Below are positions 60,408 to 64,000 of a stretch of DNA of 64,000 nucleotides, one piece after another; position 1 is the first letter of the stretch; every line of letters begins with the position of its first letter. The notes below the pieces were generated by a model. That model was not told the DNA's origin. It worked only from the letters and a program-made list of their open reading frames with translations, and made no database searches. The position numbers were made by a program, and so were the translations under genes. This DNA is from Lama glama (lineage: Eukaryota), in the NCBI GenBank assembly GCA_028534125.1, contig CM052818.1, positions 33,108,001 to 33,172,000 on the forward strand, given 5' to 3'.

Positions 60408-60520
60408 ACAGCAGCCACGGGCAAAACGTAAATGAACGGATGTGGCAGTGTTCCAATAAAACTTTATTTATAAAAACAAGCAGCTGGCTAAATTTGCCCT
60501 CGCTTATTGTTTTGTCAGTT
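60408..60520 (+). mobile_element. MER58-type hAT MITE fragment
   Basis: gcagccacgggcaaaacgtaaatgaacggatgtggcagtgttccaataaaactttatttataaaaacaag. Confidence 0.85.
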
Positions 60521-60781
60521 GTTCAACCAGTCCAACCCTTCTATCTGCCAAGGGAGAGTGAAGTGGCTCCTTCCTGCCACAGGATCCACTGAGACCATCT
60601 AAATCCAAGAGTGGAATGGCTTGTGGGGAGGAACAGAGACACTGCTGCAGGCCTCAGAGCCACCAGTGTGGAAGCCAAGCTAGCCACTGGGATAACTAGA
60701 GATTGTGATGCACATGTTCAACTTCACCAGAAAGACCCCAAAATGCAAATGGAAAATCACAGGTTAAAATCTAATGAGATT

Positions 60782-61245
60782 AAAGAATGAAATAATGCCA
60801 TCTGCAGCAACATGGATGGACTTAGAGGTGATCATACTAAGTGAAGTAAATCAGACAGAGAGACAAATATATGATATCGCTTAGATGTAGACTCTAAAAT
60901 ATGACACAAATGAACTTATTTACAAAACAGCAAGAGGTTCACAGACAGAAAACGAAGTTATGGTTACCAAAGGGGAAGGTGGGAGGGATAAACTGGGAGT
61001 TTGGGATTAGCAGATATAAACTACTATATATAGAACAGATAAGCAACAAGGTCCTACTGTATAGCACAGGGAACTACATTCAATGTCTATAATGAAAAAG
61101 AATATATGTATATATGTGTGTGTGTGTGTATATATATATATTCACACACACAAATATATATAATGGAATCACTATGCTGTACACCAGAAGCTAACACAAC
61201 ACTATAAATCAACTATACTTCAATGAAAAAATTTTTCTTAAAAAA
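60782..61245 (+). mobile_element. 5'-truncated cetartiodactyl-type L1 3' end with TSD
   Basis: aaagaatgaaataatgccatctgcagcaacatggatggac...aacaaggtcctactgtatagcacaggg...aaatcaactatacttcaat; TSD AAAATCTrATGrGATT 60766-60781 / 61246-61261 at a TT/AAAA site. Confidence 0.95.
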
Positions 61246-62908
61246 AAAATCTGATGGGATTGGGAAAGACAACCCCATATCAAGCTCAGTCTGCAGAGAT
61301 GCAACCATCAGTTATATCCTTGTAAGTACATGTTGCCAGCGTTCATTCATCAGTTAGACTCAGGCACAGTCTTAAAACGCCTCTGGCGGAGGGCTGGAAA
61401 AAATGGGAAGCAAGGACTTGGAAAGCGACTGGCACTTGTCTGTGAACAATATGAGAAGAAAACAGCAAATTCATTTTTTCCAGTCAGCAGCTAGTCAAAC
61501 ATCAAACAGCACAGAAATGGTCAGAGAGGACAAACCCTGTCGTCCGGGGCTGAGAACAGGTTGTTTTGGCTGTCAAGCATTTTCAAAACAAGTTTTCTTG
61601 GTCTCATGACAGGTTGTGGCAAGAACAAGAAAATAAGAAGAGTGGAAGATCCCATGATCACCGCTCCGGGCTTCCACGAGGGCTGGCTCTGCCTGCACCG
61701 TCAGGCTTGCTCTCCGAGGGCACAAGTCCAGCTGGTCTTAGGGCTAACACCGCCTCGCCAGTGACACCACCAAGTGAACTGATTCCTCTCAGAACCGTCT
61801 GGCAGCCAGATAATCATTCTAGTCTGGGAGGAATAGGACAAAGGCACTCTTAAGCCCAAGGGTGCTATTCTGCTCAAACCTCCGCCTTGCTTTGTTATAA
61901 TTTTCACCTCCTGTTACGTGGACAAATGACTCTTCTGAAACAGAGGGTAAAAGCCACCTGCTTTGAGGTGGATTTTTCCGTCTCAACCGCAGAAGGCTGG
62001 GGCAGGGTGGGGCAATGGGATCAGCAAGGAGGCACCCTGGGGGAGGGCCAAGACCTGGATGGTCTAGAAAGTGCCATGAACCACCCGCCAGCAGTGATCC
62101 TGCTCTCAGAGGCTTAACAGACTCAGCCTGAAGGAGAGGAGGAGGCAGGCACACAGCTGAGAGTGGCAGCACCAGAGGACACGCAGCTGAGTGGAGATCT
62201 GGAGACTAGCTGTCATTCAAGTTAATCCAGAGAAGATGGTCACAAGTCACCAAACATGTGTCGGGAATTCTCAGCTCCCCTGAATTATTACAGAAGAACC
62301 CACAGTAGTAGACTCGGACTTTAGTTCAGGCCCAGTTCTGGAGAGATGTGTGATATTGGGCAAAGCACTCTCCTTCTCTGGGTCTTCTGTTTCCGTGGCA
62401 CAGTGAGGCAGCTGGACTGTCCTTCCAGCTCCAGGACTGTGGTGCCCAGACTGCCCGGAGCAGGCACATCTGGTCAGTTACCACCATGCCTGCTCTGGCT
62501 GTCACAAGTCACACACACTGCAAGGACAGCTAACGCCCACCCTTTTAGCAACGTTCCTGGAAGAAACACTGTGAAAGAGGTCTTGCTCTTATTCCATGAG
62601 ACAAGTTATTAGACCACAAAGGCCATCTTCATTCTGCCAAGTGTCTGCGAGAATGTTCTGAAGAAAGCAGGCTGGGAAGATGTGAAGGTGAGAACAAGAC
62701 ATCCTGCCCCACTTGACCTCAGCTCCCACCTCCAAACACACAAAGGGGGACCCACGGCATTTAATGTCTCTACCCAGGAAGTGACCAGAAGGCACTGCTG
62801 AACTCTGCTGAGCGTGGCCTTTCTTACCTGGGGGAGAAGATGCGTGGGTCCCCCTACCCAAGTAGGCAGATGGATGGCTCTGACTGGTTCTTGAGTTGTC
62901 CCTCCACC

Positions 62909-63077
62909 TGGGATGGCCATATAAATTCAAATTTCAAATAAGCTTCGAATAATGTTTAGTATAAGGATGTCCTAAGTATTGCATGGAATATACTTATTTT
63001 AAATTCTTTGGTATTAATCTGGAATTCAAATTTAACTGGGTATCTTGTATTTTTAATTGCTAAAACTGGCAGCCCTA
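62909..63077. mobile_element. MER53 palindromic hAT MITE
   Basis: Ends tgggatggcca / tggcagcccta; tttagtataaggatgtcctaagtattgcatggaatatacttat; aattcaaatttaactggg. Confidence 0.85.
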
Positions 63078-63560
63078 ACTCTGGAGAAGAAGAGTGGGTC
63101 TCCTGGGCATTGAGGCAGCAAAGAAGGAGTGAAAGGGCCCAAGACAAACATTCCTTTACAGTGCTGTACAGTGTGACCCACCTTAAGTTTTTACTGCCTT
63201 CCTTAATATGTTCAAGGCGAAGATGGATCTGTTATGATTTATATCTCTAAGCTAAGGCAGATCTTTGTATCAATATGTAATTTGTTAATTTAAGGAAAAC
63301 CTTCTTGCCTACTGAAATGAGCAATAATGGAAAACTCTGGTTTTCTGAATTTGAGTTTCAGAAGAGCTCCAGAGCTTCCCGCTTTGCAATTCTGACTTGT
63401 ACTCAATGTCCTGGGGACTTAACGCCATGGATGGCCCCAGCTTCGGAAAAGAATCTCAACCAGTGACGGGCTGTCCCAAAAATCAATCAGCAGGCTCTGG
63501 AGTTGGGGCTCTTCAACACAGCTGGATACATTTTAGCACCTGTAGGGTAGTGACCTTGTC

Positions 63561-63586
63561 TGTGTGTGTGTGTGTGTGTGTGTGTG
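63561..63586 (+). repeat. (TG)13 microsatellite
   Basis: Directly visible. Confidence 0.98.
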
Positions 63587-63618
63587 GTTCCCGGTGCTTT
63601 GCACATGCTCTTTATATA

Positions 63619-63807
63619 CAGTTGACCCCTGAACGGTGCAGGTTTGAACTGTGCAGTTCCTCCTAAATGCAGACATTTTTCAATTGTAAATACTACAGTA
63701 TTGCACAGTGTGTGGTCGGTTGAATCCGCAGATGCAGAGAAACCCTTGTTACGGAGAGTTGACTCTATTATACGTGGATTAACCCCATGTTGTTCGAGGA
63801 GCTACTG
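63619..63807 (+). mobile_element. Tigger2a/MER8-type MITE
   Basis: TA then CAGTTGACCCCTGAAC; gtttgaactgtgc, gtaaatactacagta, ggttgaatccgcagatgc; degenerate right TIR gttcgaggagctactg. Confidence 0.88.
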
Positions 63808-64000
63808 GAGTGTATACGGCTCTTAAATGTTGGCTGAACGAATGACTAGCAACAACTTAACTACAGAAACCATTGTTTTGTTTGATTCTTATGATCAGGG
63901 CTGCTCTAAAGCCTGTTCTCCTGATTACCACGGCATTTCTACCCGGAGACTCAGCCCTGACCATCCAGGGCACCCTAGAAGGCAAGCCACTTTTTCTCCT

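Larger units (their letters stand above)
1..64000. other. Non-coding mammalian (probably camelid) genomic DNA, intergenic or intronic; host locus not identified
   Basis: Dense MIR/L2/L1/MaLR/DNA-transposon remnants, CpG depletion, camelid-type SINE; no ORF resembles a recognisable cellular protein. Confidence 0.8.

Noticed and set aside
1-60750. Isolated octamer (ATGCAAAT at 1, 59909, 60743), CArG (1899-1908) and scattered AP-1 heptamers
   Set aside because: Short motifs at counts not clearly above chance for 64 kb, several inside repeats; not supportable individually
1-64000. CRISPR array, operon or other prokaryotic/viral system
   Set aside because: No regularly spaced repeat-spacer structure or gene-dense region; the sequence is eutherian throughout

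Overview
GC-rich, repeat-laden mammalian non-coding DNA (intergenic or deep intronic). It is most likely from a camelid (Camelus/Vicugna): it carries a tRNA-Ala-derived camelid-type SINE at 39435-39580 and cetartiodactyl-type L1 3' ends. I recognise no protein-coding exon, functional RNA gene or CRISPR array. The six-frame ORFs look like chance ORFs in GC-rich DNA or translations of repeats. A large part of the window is explained by ancient interspersed repeats: many MIR/CORE-SINEs, L2, L1M/HAL1, MaLR and ERVL LTRs, and hAT and Tigger MITEs. There are also microsatellites and one 190-N assembly gap. I did not find evidence of a novel biological system. The most notable observations are: (1) a local duplication with an 81-bp near-identical core flanking an L1 fragment that lacks a tail and TSD; (2) a younger L1 inserted at the equivalent position of an older L1; (3) a three-level MIR/MLT1/MLT1 nest; (4) tail-to-tail and well-preserved ancient CORE-SINE tails, most carrying TAATTA; (5) a CpG-rich CRE/RUNX/ETS enhancer or promoter candidate at about 26.0-26.5 kb; (6) a Z-DNA/G4/ARE module at about 23.5 kb; (7) a candidate non-coding exon at 48640-48736. 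Repeat family names come from my recollection of consensus sequences, and most boundaries are approximate (+/-20-50 bp) unless TSDs or TIRs are quoted. RepeatMasker/Dfam should confirm them.
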